Origin: Alphaproteobacteria bacterium
GTDB taxonomy: Bacteria; Pseudomonadota; Alphaproteobacteria; SP197
NCBI GenBank assembly: GCA_028277285.1
Contig: JANQGO010000108.1
Location: 32,832-56,831 of the forward strand
DNA: 24,000 nt
Direction: 5' to 3'
Both the position numbers and the translations under genes were made by a program. Below, piece by piece: positions 1 to 8,180 of the stretch (positions are counted from its first letter, which is position 1; each line of letters starts with the position of its first letter). The notes beneath the pieces were generated by a model, which saw only the letters and a list, made by a program, of their open reading frames with translations, did not search any database and was not told where the DNA came from.

Positions 1-1
1 C

Positions 2-2635
2 GTGCCGCCTTCGCCGCGCCTTGTCCGCTTTCCGGCCATTCGCCTGCTGTTCGGTCTGGAAACCGATAAGCGTGCAGCGGAATCGACGCCGCCCTGGCTC
101 ATCGCGCTCAGGATCGCGCTCGCCACCCTGTTGATCCTGGCAATCTCCCATCCGCTGCTGAACCCTTCGCACCGCTCGCTCGACGACGGCAACGTCCTGA
201 TCGTGATCGACGACGGCTGGGCCTCGGCCGGCGACTGGCTCGCCAGGCTCGATACGGCCGAAGACATCCTTGCCGTCAGCGAGCGCGACCGGCGGTCGGT
301 CATGCTGCTCAGAACGGCGCCGGAAGATGACGGCGTGCCGATCGACAACAGCGGCCTGATGGCGCCGGACGACGCGCGGCAGATTCTGCGCGCGATCGAG
401 CCGCGCCCCTGGCCGACCGATCGCGCCAGCGCCGCCGCCGCGCTGGACGGCATCGACGATATCGCAAGCGTCTATTGGATCACCGACGGCCTGGAAGACG
501 GCGGCACCGAGGATTTTGTCGCGCGCCTGGCCGAGCTTGGTGACGTGCAGGTCATCGAAAGCACCATGCCCGGCGGCGCGCTGGTGCTGATGCCGCCCCA
601 TGACGAGGCCGGCCAGCTGATCCTGGAGGCCCGCCGCTCGGACACGACCTTCGAACAGACGATCTGGGTTAGCGCCACGGACGAGGACGACCGGCTGGTG
701 GTGCGCCAGGAACTGACGTTCGCCGCCGGCGATACGGTGACCGACGCGCCGCTGGAGGTGCCGGCGGAGATGCGCAACCGGATCGAGCGGCTGGAGATCG
801 AGGACGCCAACACCGCCGCGGCCTTGGTTCTGCTCGACCAGCGCTGGAAACGCCTGCCGGTCGGCCTTGCCGCCGGCGGCGAGATCGAGAGCGATCAGCC
901 GCTGCTGTCGCCGATCTTCTATCTGGAACGGGCGCTATCGCCGGTCGCCGAGGTCAGGACCGGTTCCGTTGCCACGCTCTTAAGCCGCCCGCCGGCGGTC
1001 ATGATGCTGGCCAATTTCGGCCAGATCCCGGTCGCCGAACGGGCGCAGCTGGAGTCGTGGATCGACGACGGCGGCATCCTCGTCCGCTTTGCCGGGCCGG
1101 AGTTCGCCCAGGATCACGATGATCTGGTGCCGGTCGAACTGCGCGCGGGCGAACGCGCCATGGGTGGCGCCATGAGCTGGACCCAGCCGCAGCGGATCGC
1201 GCCGTTCGATCCGGGCTCGCCGTTTGCCGGATTGGACGTGCAGCAGGACGTCTTGATCGATCTGCAGGTTCTGGCGCAACCGACGCTGGACCTCGGTGCC
1301 AAGACTTGGGCCAGGCTTGAGGACGGCACGCCGCTGGTCACCGCCGAACGGCGCGGCAGCGGCTGGCTGGTTCTGGTGCACACCTCGGCCAACACCCAGT
1401 GGACCAACCTGCCGATCTCGATCCTGTTCGTCGACATGATGCGGCGCATCGTCGACCTGTCCCAGGGCGCCGGCGCCGAACTGGGCGACGAGCCGCTGCC
1501 GGTGATCAGCGCGCTTAACGGTTTCGGCGTTCTCGGTCCCGCGCCACCGACCGCGGGCGCCGTCGCCGCCAACGAGATCGACGACACGCTGGCCGGGCCG
1601 AGCCACCCGCCGGGCGTTTATGGCACCCAGGACCTCAGGCGCTCGCTCAACCTGGGCGCCGCGCTCGATGCGCCGACGCCGCTTGGCGAGTTGCCGGATG
1701 GTTTCACGGTGACCGGGTTCGAACGCCACGACGAGGTCGACCTGAGGCCCTGGCTGTTCGGTCTGGCCGGCCTGCTGGCGCTGATTGAAATCTATGCCAG
1801 CCTGGCGTTGCGCGGGCTCGTCCCCGGCTTCGGCACCGGGATGCGCCTGGCCGCCGTGCCGCTGCTCTTCCTGTTGCTGCTGCCCGCCGATCGGGCTTTC
1901 GCGCAGAGCGACGACGATGCCATCCCGGCCGGCGTCAACGACGTGCGGTTCGGTTATGTGGTCACCGGCAACAACCAGGTCGATCAGGTTTCGCACACCG
2001 GCCTTGCGGGCTTAAGTTCGATCCTGCGCGCACGCACCTCGGTCGAGCCGGGCGAGCCGGTGGCGGTCGATCTGGAAGAAGACGAGCTGATCTTCTTCCC
2101 GCTCGTCTATTGGCCGATCACCGCCGAACAGCCGCTGCTGAGCGACGCGGCGCGGGCCAAGCTGGACGCCTATCTCAGGACCGGCGGCATTCTGGTCGTC
2201 GATACGCGCGACGCCGACGAAGAACTGCAGGGCGTGACCGGCACCGGCTCCAACGCCGCCCGGCTGCAGGAGCTTCTGGCCGGCATCAACGTACCGGCGC
2301 TGATCCGCGTGCCGACCAACCATGTGCTGACCCAGGCATACTATCTCTTGGCGGACTTCCCCGGGCGCTGGGCCAACGGTTCGGTCTGGGTCGAACGCCA
2401 TCCCGGCGGCGTCAATGACGGCGTCTCGGCCATCATCATCGGCAGCAACGACTGGGCCTCGGCCTGGGCATTGAACGATCAGATGCAGCCCCTGTTCCCC
2501 GTCGTCCCGGGCGGCGAGCGCCAGCGCGAGATGTCGTTCCGCTTCGGCGTCAACCTCGTGATGTACGCGATGACCGGCAACTACAAGGCCGACAGCGTGC
2601 ACTTGCCGGCGATCCTGGAGCGGCTTGGCCAATGA
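2..2635 (+). CDS. BatA-N-terminal / DUF4159-type membrane protein, 5'-truncated at window edge
   Basis: The frame is open from the window edge with G/C-rich third positions. The N-terminal segment RFPAIRLLF...TPPWLIALRIALATLLILAISHPLLNP resembles the aerotolerance-regulator (BatA) N-terminal TM region. There is an internal TM followed by a signal-like LLFLLLLPADRAFAQ. The C-terminal domain ending FGVNLVMYAMTGNYKADSVHLP is typical of DUF4159. Its stop overlaps the next start (ATGA, 2632-2635). Family assignment is from remembered motifs, not a search. Confidence 0.75.
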   Translation: MPPSPRLVRFPAIRLLFGLETDKRAAESTPPWLIALRIALATLLILAISHPLLNPSHRSLDDGNVLIVIDDGWASAGDWLARLDTAEDILAVSERDRRSVMLLRTAPEDDGVPIDNSGLMAPDDARQILRAIEPRPWPTDRASAAAALDGIDDIASVYWITDGLEDGGTEDFVARLAELGDVQVIESTMPGGALVLMPPHDEAGQLILEARRSDTTFEQTIWVSATDEDDRLVVRQELTFAAGDTVTDAPLEVPAEMRNRIERLEIEDANTAAALVLLDQRWKRLPVGLAAGGEIESDQPLLSPIFYLERALSPVAEVRTGSVATLLSRPPAVMMLANFGQIPVAERAQLESWIDDGGILVRFAGPEFAQDHDDLVPVELRAGERAMGGAMSWTQPQRIAPFDPGSPFAGLDVQQDVLIDLQVLAQPTLDLGAKTWARLEDGTPLVTAERRGSGWLVLVHTSANTQWTNLPISILFVDMMRRIVDLSQGAGAELGDEPLPVISALNGFGVLGPAPPTAGAVAANEIDDTLAGPSHPPGVYGTQDLRRSLNLGAALDAPTPLGELPDGFTVTGFERHDEVDLRPWLFGLAGLLALIEIYASLALRGLVPGFGTGMRLAAVPLLFLLLLPADRAFAQSDDDAIPAGVNDVRFGYVVTGNNQVDQVSHTGLAGLSSILRARTSVEPGEPVAVDLEEDELIFFPLVYWPITAEQPLLSDAARAKLDAYLRTGGILVVDTRDADEELQGVTGTGSNAARLQELLAGINVPALIRVPTNHVLTQAYYLLADFPGRWANGSVWVERHPGGVNDGVSAIIIGSNDWASAWALNDQMQPLFPVVPGGERQREMSFRFGVNLVMYAMTGNYKADSVHLPAILERLGQ

Positions 2636-4716
2636 CCGCGACCGTGACCGATATCGCCTTCTCGCCGCTGCTGCCGCTGTGGCTCTTGATCCCGTTCGCG
2701 GCGATCATCGTTCTGCTGATCATCTATGGCGTCGTCCGCGGCGCGCCCGGCATGGCGTGGCGCACCCTGGTGCTGGCCGCGCTGGCCTTGGCCATGGCGA
2801 ACCCCTCTTTGATCGAGGAACGCCGCGAGGCTCTGCCGGATATCGCACTGATTGTCGTCGACGAGTCCGCGAGCCAGACGATCGGCGAGCGTGACGAGCA
2901 GACGCAAGTCGCGCTCGACGCGATGCTGGAGAGGTTCGAGCGGCTCAACAATCTGGAGACGCGGGTCGTCACGGTCGACGCCCTGAGCGCGCTCGACGAC
3001 GATGGGCTGCCGGCGTCGGGTACCGCGCTCTTCGCGCCCATCCGCCAGGCCCTGGCCGACGTGCCGCGCGAGGCCGTGTCCGGCGCGGTTCTGATCACCG
3101 ATGGCGAGGTCCACGACGCGCCCGAAACACTGGAAGCATTCGGTGTCGACGCGCCGGTCCACGTCCTGCTGACCGGCGAACGCCAAGAGGTCGACCGCCG
3201 GCTGGTCCTTCTCGAAGCACCGCGTTACGGCATCGTTGACCAACCGACGAAGGTCGCGTTCCGCGTCGAGGACAGTAACGACCCCACCGGCACCGCCGAG
3301 GTGACCCTGACCTCGCCCGGTGTTTCGCCGGTGACCCACACCGTGCCGATCGGCCAGCGCTATGAGATCTACTTCTCCCTGGACCGCGCCGGCATGTCGA
3401 TGGTCGAGCTCGACCTGGCGGCCCGGCCCAACGAGTTGACCGATATCAACAACCGCGTCGTTCTGGCCGTGAACGGGGTGCGCGAAGACCTCAAGGTCCT
3501 GCTTATCACCGGCGAAGTGCATACCGGCGAGCGCGTCTGGCGGAATACGCTGAAGGCCGACCCCGCCGTCGAACTCGTGCACTTCACCATCCTGCGCCCG
3601 CCGGAAAAACAGGACGGCACACCGATCCGCGAGCTCTCGCTGATCTCGTTCCCGGTACGCGAGTTGTTCGAAATGAAGCTGCTCGACTTCGATCTCATCA
3701 TCTTCGACCGCTACCGCAAGCGCGGCGTGATCCCCGAGCAGTACCTGGAGAACATCGCCGAGTACGTCCTGGAGGGCGGCGCCATGCTGGTCGCGGCGGG
3801 ACCGGACTTCGGCACCCAGCTCGGCCTGCACACGACCGTTTTGGGCGACCTGATGCCGGCGATTCCGACCGGCGACGTGACCGAATACGGTTACAACATC
3901 CTGCCGACCGACACCGGCCGGCGTCATCCCGTGACCGCCGACCTGCCGGGCGCCCAGGACGAATTGCCGGCGTGGGGGCGCTGGTTCCGCCAGGTCGATG
4001 CGACGGCGCCGACCGGCGAGGTGCTGCTGGACGGTTATGAAGGCCAGCCGCTGCTGATCCTCCAGCGGGTCGGCGAAGGCCGGGTTGCCCAGTTGCTCTC
4101 CGACCACGCCTGGCTGTGGGCGCGCGGTTACGAAGGCGGCGGCCCGCAACAGGAGCTGCTGCGGCGCCTGGCACACTGGTTGATGAAGGAACCGGAGCTG
4201 GAAGAAAACGCCATCCGCGTCAGCGCGATCGGCAACCGGCTCACCATTATCCGCCAGAGCCTCGACGATCAGGCCGGCGAGGTCACGGTGATCGCGCCGT
4301 CCGGAGAACAGGCGACGGCGACCCTGACCAACGACGCACCCGGCCGTTCGAGCACCGAGATCCGCGTCAGCGAGGCCGGCCTCTACCGCGTCACCGACGG
4401 CGACTTGGAGACCATTGTCACGGTCGGTGAGCTCAACCCGCGGGAATGGCGCGACCCGCGCGCCAAGACCGAGATGCTGCAGCCGATTGTCGAGGCTACC
4501 GGCGGCGGCATCACCTGGATCTCCGACGAACGCCTGCCGACCGTGCGCCAGGTCGCCGCCGAACGCGACCGCAGTGGCCAGGGATGGATTGGCGTCTTGG
4601 ACCACGGCCGGTTCGTTGTCCGCGGCATCGACAACACGCCGCTTCTGCCGGCCTGGCTTGCCCTACTGCTGATCGTCGGCGGCCTTGCCATGGCATGGCG
4701 CGCGGAAGGGCGCTAG
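2632..4716 (+). CDS. Two-TM membrane protein with vWA-like (DxSxS) and class-I glutamine-amidotransferase-like regions; partner of the Bat-type module
   Basis: 694-aa ORF whose ATG overlaps the upstream stop. It has an N-terminal TM (LLPLWLLIPFAAIIVLLIIYGVV) and a C-terminal TM (LLPAWLALLLIVGGLAMAW). A MIDAS-like D-E-S-A-S lies at nt 2860-2874. The central and C-terminal part (LIIFDRY...GGAMLV) resembles the GATase1-like hypothetical membrane proteins that follow DUF4159 genes in Alphaproteobacteria. Confidence 0.7.
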   Translation: MTATVTDIAFSPLLPLWLLIPFAAIIVLLIIYGVVRGAPGMAWRTLVLAALALAMANPSLIEERREALPDIALIVVDESASQTIGERDEQTQVALDAMLERFERLNNLETRVVTVDALSALDDDGLPASGTALFAPIRQALADVPREAVSGAVLITDGEVHDAPETLEAFGVDAPVHVLLTGERQEVDRRLVLLEAPRYGIVDQPTKVAFRVEDSNDPTGTAEVTLTSPGVSPVTHTVPIGQRYEIYFSLDRAGMSMVELDLAARPNELTDINNRVVLAVNGVREDLKVLLITGEVHTGERVWRNTLKADPAVELVHFTILRPPEKQDGTPIRELSLISFPVRELFEMKLLDFDLIIFDRYRKRGVIPEQYLENIAEYVLEGGAMLVAAGPDFGTQLGLHTTVLGDLMPAIPTGDVTEYGYNILPTDTGRRHPVTADLPGAQDELPAWGRWFRQVDATAPTGEVLLDGYEGQPLLILQRVGEGRVAQLLSDHAWLWARGYEGGGPQQELLRRLAHWLMKEPELEENAIRVSAIGNRLTIIRQSLDDQAGEVTVIAPSGEQATATLTNDAPGRSSTEIRVSEAGLYRVTDGDLETIVTVGELNPREWRDPRAKTEMLQPIVEATGGGITWISDERLPTVRQVAAERDRSGQGWIGVLDHGRFVVRGIDNTPLLPAWLALLLIVGGLAMAWRAEGR

Positions 4717-4764
4717 AGCAGACCCGCGTCACGTGGAACCGGTCTCGCCCCCATCCAGTCCTCG

Positions 4765-4875
4765 CATACCGGACAAGCGCAGCGCAGATCCGGTATCCAA
4801 GCACACCGGTCCCGGCATACCGGCCGCCGTCCGTGTTCTTGTGCACCGGGTCAAGCCCGGTGCGCGAGGAGGATA
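4765..4875. repeat. Palindromic intergenic repeat (REP/RIME-like), copy A, degenerate
   Basis: Segment 4829-4873 (gtccgtgttcttgtgcaccgggtcaagcccggtgcgcgaggagga) matches copy B 12229-12273 at 35/45 ungapped positions. It shares ccgtgttc and the 13-nt gggtcaagcccgg with copy C. cataccgg occurs at 4765-4772 and 4816-4823, and ataccgga (4766-4773) pairs with tccggtat (4789-4796). It lies between convergent genes, starting 48 nt after the stop at 4716. Confidence 0.6.
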
Positions 4876-4911
4876 GTAACCGGCATCGAAACGGCGTAAG
4901 CCGGAAATGCA

Positions 4912-5814
4912 CTAGTTGTCGTTGACCGCGCCACCGCGCAGCGGCGTACCATGGGCATCTTCCAGCAACTTCACCGCCATCACGTGGTTGGACCCGCCGC
5001 CATAGGCCTCACAGGCCTTGGCATAGATCTCCTCGGTGAGGTCGCAGAGCGGCAACACGGCACCCGCCGTCCGGGCGAGTTCACGCGCCAGCCGCAAGTC
5101 CTTATACGCCAAGGCCAGCGTAAACGAGGGGTCATAGTCGCCGTTCAGGATCGACGGGCCGTAGCGGTCGGCGACATAGCTGCTGCCCGTGCTGTTCTGA
5201 ATGATCTCCAGCATCTTATCGGCCCGGACCCCGCCCTTGACGCCAAGCATCATCGCTTCCGAGAGCGCCAGGGAGTGGACGTAACAGAGCACGACCTGGG
5301 CGATCTTGGCGGCATAACCGGCGCCGTTGGGACCGAGATGATCGATGCGCGCACCGATCGTCTGGAGGATCGGCAGCATGCGCAGAAAAACCCCCTCGTC
5401 ACCGCCGACAAGAACCGTGAGCGTGCCGTTTGCCGCACCCTCTGATCCACCGGAGACCGGCGCGTCCAACAAGGCGATCCCGCGCGCGTTCGACGCGGCA
5501 AGGATGACGCGCCCAATCGTCTGGTCGTTGGTGCTGAGCTCAATCCATGTCGTGCCCGGCGCCATGTTGGCGATCAGCCCGTCATCGTCGAGCGCGACCG
5601 CACGGATTTGTGCCGGACCAGGCAGGGATGTCATGACGACATCCACGTCCTTTGCGGCGTCGCCTGGGGACGCCGCGACAGCGGCGCCCAACTCCGCGAG
5701 ACGGCGGCCCTTGTCGGCGTCGAGATCATGGACGGTGAGGTCAAAGCCGGCGCGCACCAGGTTCGCGGCCATGGCGCCGCCCATCACCCCCAGTCCGACG
5801 AAGCCAATACGCAT
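4912..5814 (-). CDS. NAD(P)-dependent beta-hydroxyacid dehydrogenase (3-hydroxyisobutyrate dehydrogenase family)
   Basis: 300-aa ORF. The N-terminal Rossmann motif MRIGFVGLGVMGGAMAANL is followed by DAPVSGG and a C-terminal helical domain typical of HIBADH/6-PGDH-like enzymes. It starts 10 nt after the TetR stop. Confidence 0.85.
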   Translation of the reverse strand: MRIGFVGLGVMGGAMAANLVRAGFDLTVHDLDADKGRRLAELGAAVAASPGDAAKDVDVVMTSLPGPAQIRAVALDDDGLIANMAPGTTWIELSTNDQTIGRVILAASNARGIALLDAPVSGGSEGAANGTLTVLVGGDEGVFLRMLPILQTIGARIDHLGPNGAGYAAKIAQVVLCYVHSLALSEAMMLGVKGGVRADKMLEIIQNSTGSSYVADRYGPSILNGDYDPSFTLALAYKDLRLARELARTAGAVLPLCDLTEEIYAKACEAYGGGSNHVMAVKLLEDAHGTPLRGGAVNDN

Positions 5815-5824
5815 GACGTTCCGG

Positions 5825-6469
5825 TCAGGACCGGCCGGCGCCGAGCAGACAGCCGTCGATATAGCGTTCGGCGACCTGGATGGCGTCGTCCGGCCCCAGC
5901 CCGTCGCGGCCGGTTGCCAGGCTGTTCCACAAGCCGTCGACGACCGTGATCAGACCACGCGCGGCGTGGGCGGCATCCAGCGCGATTTGACGATTTGCGG
6001 CCGCGGCGGCGAAGGCGGGTTCGTAGAGCTCCTGCAGGTGTTCGGACACGCCGCGGATGACATCCAGGAAAGCCGGCTGGGATCGGCTGGCATTGGTGAA
6101 GGCCTGCCAGGCGGCAATCGCGTCAGGGCTGAAGATCGGCGCTTCGAAGCTCGACCGCGCCATCCGCTTGATCGCCGTCACGGGATCGAGCGCGCGGTCG
6201 TTCGCGATCGCCTTTTTGACCGTCATTGCCTGGGCGTCGAACGTCTCGCCGGCTGCGGCCAACAGCAGTTCCTCCTTGCTGTCGAAGTAGTGCGCGATCA
6301 AACCGCGCGAAGCGCCGGCGCCATGGCAGATACGCTCGACCGTGGCGCCGGTCAGATCGTAGCGCCCGACCGTGGCGATCGCCGAGCGGATCAGGCTCTC
6401 GCGCCGGTAGACCCGGTTCTCGGCGCGGCTGCGTGGCGCCGCGACCGGCATGGCGATGTCGACCGGCAT
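5825..6469 (-). CDS. TetR/AcrR family transcriptional regulator
   Basis: The HTH region reads ATVERICHGAGASRGLIAHYFDSKEELL. I prefer the ATG at 6469-6467, which overlaps the aldolase stop by 1 nt (minus strand TGATG), over the track's upstream ATG at 6523, which would overlap the aldolase by 55 nt. An ATG at 6451 is also possible. Confidence 0.8.
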   Translation of the reverse strand: MPVDIAMPVAAPRSRAENRVYRRESLIRSAIATVGRYDLTGATVERICHGAGASRGLIAHYFDSKEELLLAAAGETFDAQAMTVKKAIANDRALDPVTAIKRMARSSFEAPIFSPDAIAAWQAFTNASRSQPAFLDVIRGVSEHLQELYEPAFAAAAANRQIALDAAHAARGLITVVDGLWNSLATGRDGLGPDDAIQVAERYIDGCLLGAGRS

Positions 6470-7242
6470 CAGTTCCGGTAGGACGGGTCGGCCCGGTCGC
6501 AGCGGCGCAGCAAGGCCGGCCACTCATACATGCCCGGCGAGAATGCCTTGTACTGCTCGACCGACAGCTCCCATAGCGACGGGTCGGCCGGGTCAAGCGG
6601 CAGACCGGCGCCCTGCGCGCTCATCGCGACGTCGCACATGCGGATCAGGTAGTACATGTTCATGAAAGCTTCGCCCGCCGTCTCGCCGACGGTCAGGAAG
6701 CCGTGGTTGCGCATGACCAGGCACTTGTTGTCGCCCAGGTTCTCGGCGATACGGAACCGCTCGTCCAGGTCGACCGACAGGCCCTCCCAGTCGTGATAGC
6801 CGACCTTGCCGTAGAGCATGGAGGAATCCTGGATCAGGTAGGGGATGCCGTCCTTGAACGACGTCGCCGCGATCGCCTGCGGCGGGTGGGCGTGAAACAC
6901 GAACTTGTTATTCGGATGGTGCAGGTGGATGGCGCTGTGAATGACGAAACCCGCCGTGTTCACGTCCGCCGGTCCCTCCAGCACGTTGCCGTGCTCGTCG
7001 ACCTTGATGAGGTTGCTGGCCGTCACCTCTTCATAGAGCAGGCCGAAGCGGTGCATCAGGAAGTTATGGTCGGATCCCGGCACCCGCGCGGTGATGTGGT
7101 TCCAGATCACGTCGTCCCAACCGAACATGTGGGTCAGCCGGAACATGGCGGCGAGGTCGATACGGACCTGCTCTTCTGCTTCGCTGGTGCGGACGGCTCC
7201 CTCGGCATGCTTGAAATCAGCTGCGGATACTTCGTTATCCAT
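6469..7242 (-). CDS. class II aldolase/adducin-head family protein
   Basis: 257-aa ORF with metal-ligand His-rich motifs (FVIHSAIHLHHPNNKFVFHAHPP) and HGFLTVGETAGEAF, typical of the class II aldolase/adducin N-terminal fold. A GGAG lies about 9 nt upstream of the ATG. Confidence 0.8.
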   Translation of the reverse strand: MDNEVSAADFKHAEGAVRTSEAEEQVRIDLAAMFRLTHMFGWDDVIWNHITARVPGSDHNFLMHRFGLLYEEVTASNLIKVDEHGNVLEGPADVNTAGFVIHSAIHLHHPNNKFVFHAHPPQAIAATSFKDGIPYLIQDSSMLYGKVGYHDWEGLSVDLDERFRIAENLGDNKCLVMRNHGFLTVGETAGEAFMNMYYLIRMCDVAMSAQGAGLPLDPADPSLWELSVEQYKAFSPGMYEWPALLRRCDRADPSYRN

Positions 7243-7409
7243 GGCGCGTCACTCCATCCTTTTGCTCGGTCCGGCGCAGGGTATAGAGACCCCAAATGTG
7301 ATCAACAACAAAAAAATGATGGTCGTCCAATGTTTCTTGCGTATTCTCCGGCAGCACTAGAAAACTGGCTCTGCATGGGCCTTTCAGCCCAGATGGGGAG
7401 GATCAGACC

Positions 7410-8180
7410 TTGGATATTTCGTTGGCCGGCAAGCGCGCCGTCATCACCGCCGGCGGCGCCGGCATGGGCCGCGCCACGGCTCTTGCCATGCACGGGCTCG
7501 GCGCCCGGGTTCTCACCTGCGACATCGACGAGGCCGCCCTGGCCACCCTGCCCGATGGCATCGATTGGGTCCGTTGCGATGTCTCGACATCCTCCGAGGT
7601 CGCCGCCCTGTTCGCCGATGTCGACACGGAAGGGCTCGACATCCTGGTCAACAACGCCGGCATCGCCGGTCCGACCAAACCGATCGAAGAGGTGACGGAC
7701 GACGAGTGGCGCGCGGTGATGGGCGTGTGCATCGACTCCCAGTTCTATTGCGCGCGCCATGCCGTGCCCGTTTTCAGGAAGCAGCAGCATGGCGTCATCA
7801 TCAACCTGGTGTCCGGCGCCGGCATCCTGGGCTATCCCAACCGCGCGCCCTATGTAGCGGCGAAGTGGGCGGTCACCGGCCTGACCAGGACACTCGCCAT
7901 GGAGCTCGGCCCCGACAACATCCGGGTCAACGGCGTCGTGCCCGGCAACGTGAACGGCGCGCGCATGGAAGGCGTCATCAAGGCGCATGCCGAGAATGAC
8001 GGTCTGGATGTCGAAACGGTGCGCCGCCTCTATGCCATCGGCACGTCGATGCAGTGTTATGTCGATCCGGAAGAGATCGCCGATCTCATCTGTTTCCTGT
8101 GTTCCGACTACGGCCGTCACATCTCCGGCCAGATCGTCGGCGTCGACGGCAACACGGAGACTCTTTACCCGCGGAGTTAG
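7410..8180 (+). CDS. SDR family NAD(P)-dependent oxidoreductase
   Basis: Motifs are the cofactor loop ITAGGAGMGRA, NNAG, and the catalytic YVAAK (YxxxK). It has a TTG start preceded by a strong SD (GGGGAGGA, 7395-7402). Confidence 0.85.
   Translation: MDISLAGKRAVITAGGAGMGRATALAMHGLGARVLTCDIDEAALATLPDGIDWVRCDVSTSSEVAALFADVDTEGLDILVNNAGIAGPTKPIEEVTDDEWRAVMGVCIDSQFYCARHAVPVFRKQQHGVIINLVSGAGILGYPNRAPYVAAKWAVTGLTRTLAMELGPDNIRVNGVVPGNVNGARMEGVIKAHAENDGLDVETVRRLYAIGTSMQCYVDPEEIADLICFLCSDYGRHISGQIVGVDGNTETLYPRS

Noticed and set aside
2581-4605. 674-aa minus-strand ORF antisense to the 2632-4716 gene. Similar long shadow ORFs occur at 980-1996 (-), 2012-2632 (-), 5345-6481 (+), 6703-7695 (+), 7302-8120 (-), 8054-9136 (+), 8086-8820 (-), 12291-13133 (-), 15534-16304 (-), 16351-17082 (+), 17001-17618 (+) and 22808-23437 (-).
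   Set aside because: These are typical high-GC antisense or off-frame shadow ORFs. Their Arg/Gly/Ala/Pro/Asp-rich translations have no recognisable motifs. Each overlaps a gene on the other strand or frame that carries clear family motifs and proper SD and start context.
5825-6523. Longer TetR start at 6523, as listed in the ORF track.
   Set aside because: It would overlap the aldolase 3' end by 55 nt and add a Pro/Ala/Arg-rich tail. The ATG at 6469 gives a classic TGATG coupling junction. This choice is not proven, and 6451 is also possible.
7243-7409. Possible TetR operator in the aldolase/SDR divergent region (ccaaatgt / ccaatgtt direct repeat, tgatca).
   Set aside because: Only short, imperfect repeats are present and no convincing palindrome. 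It is left unannotated.
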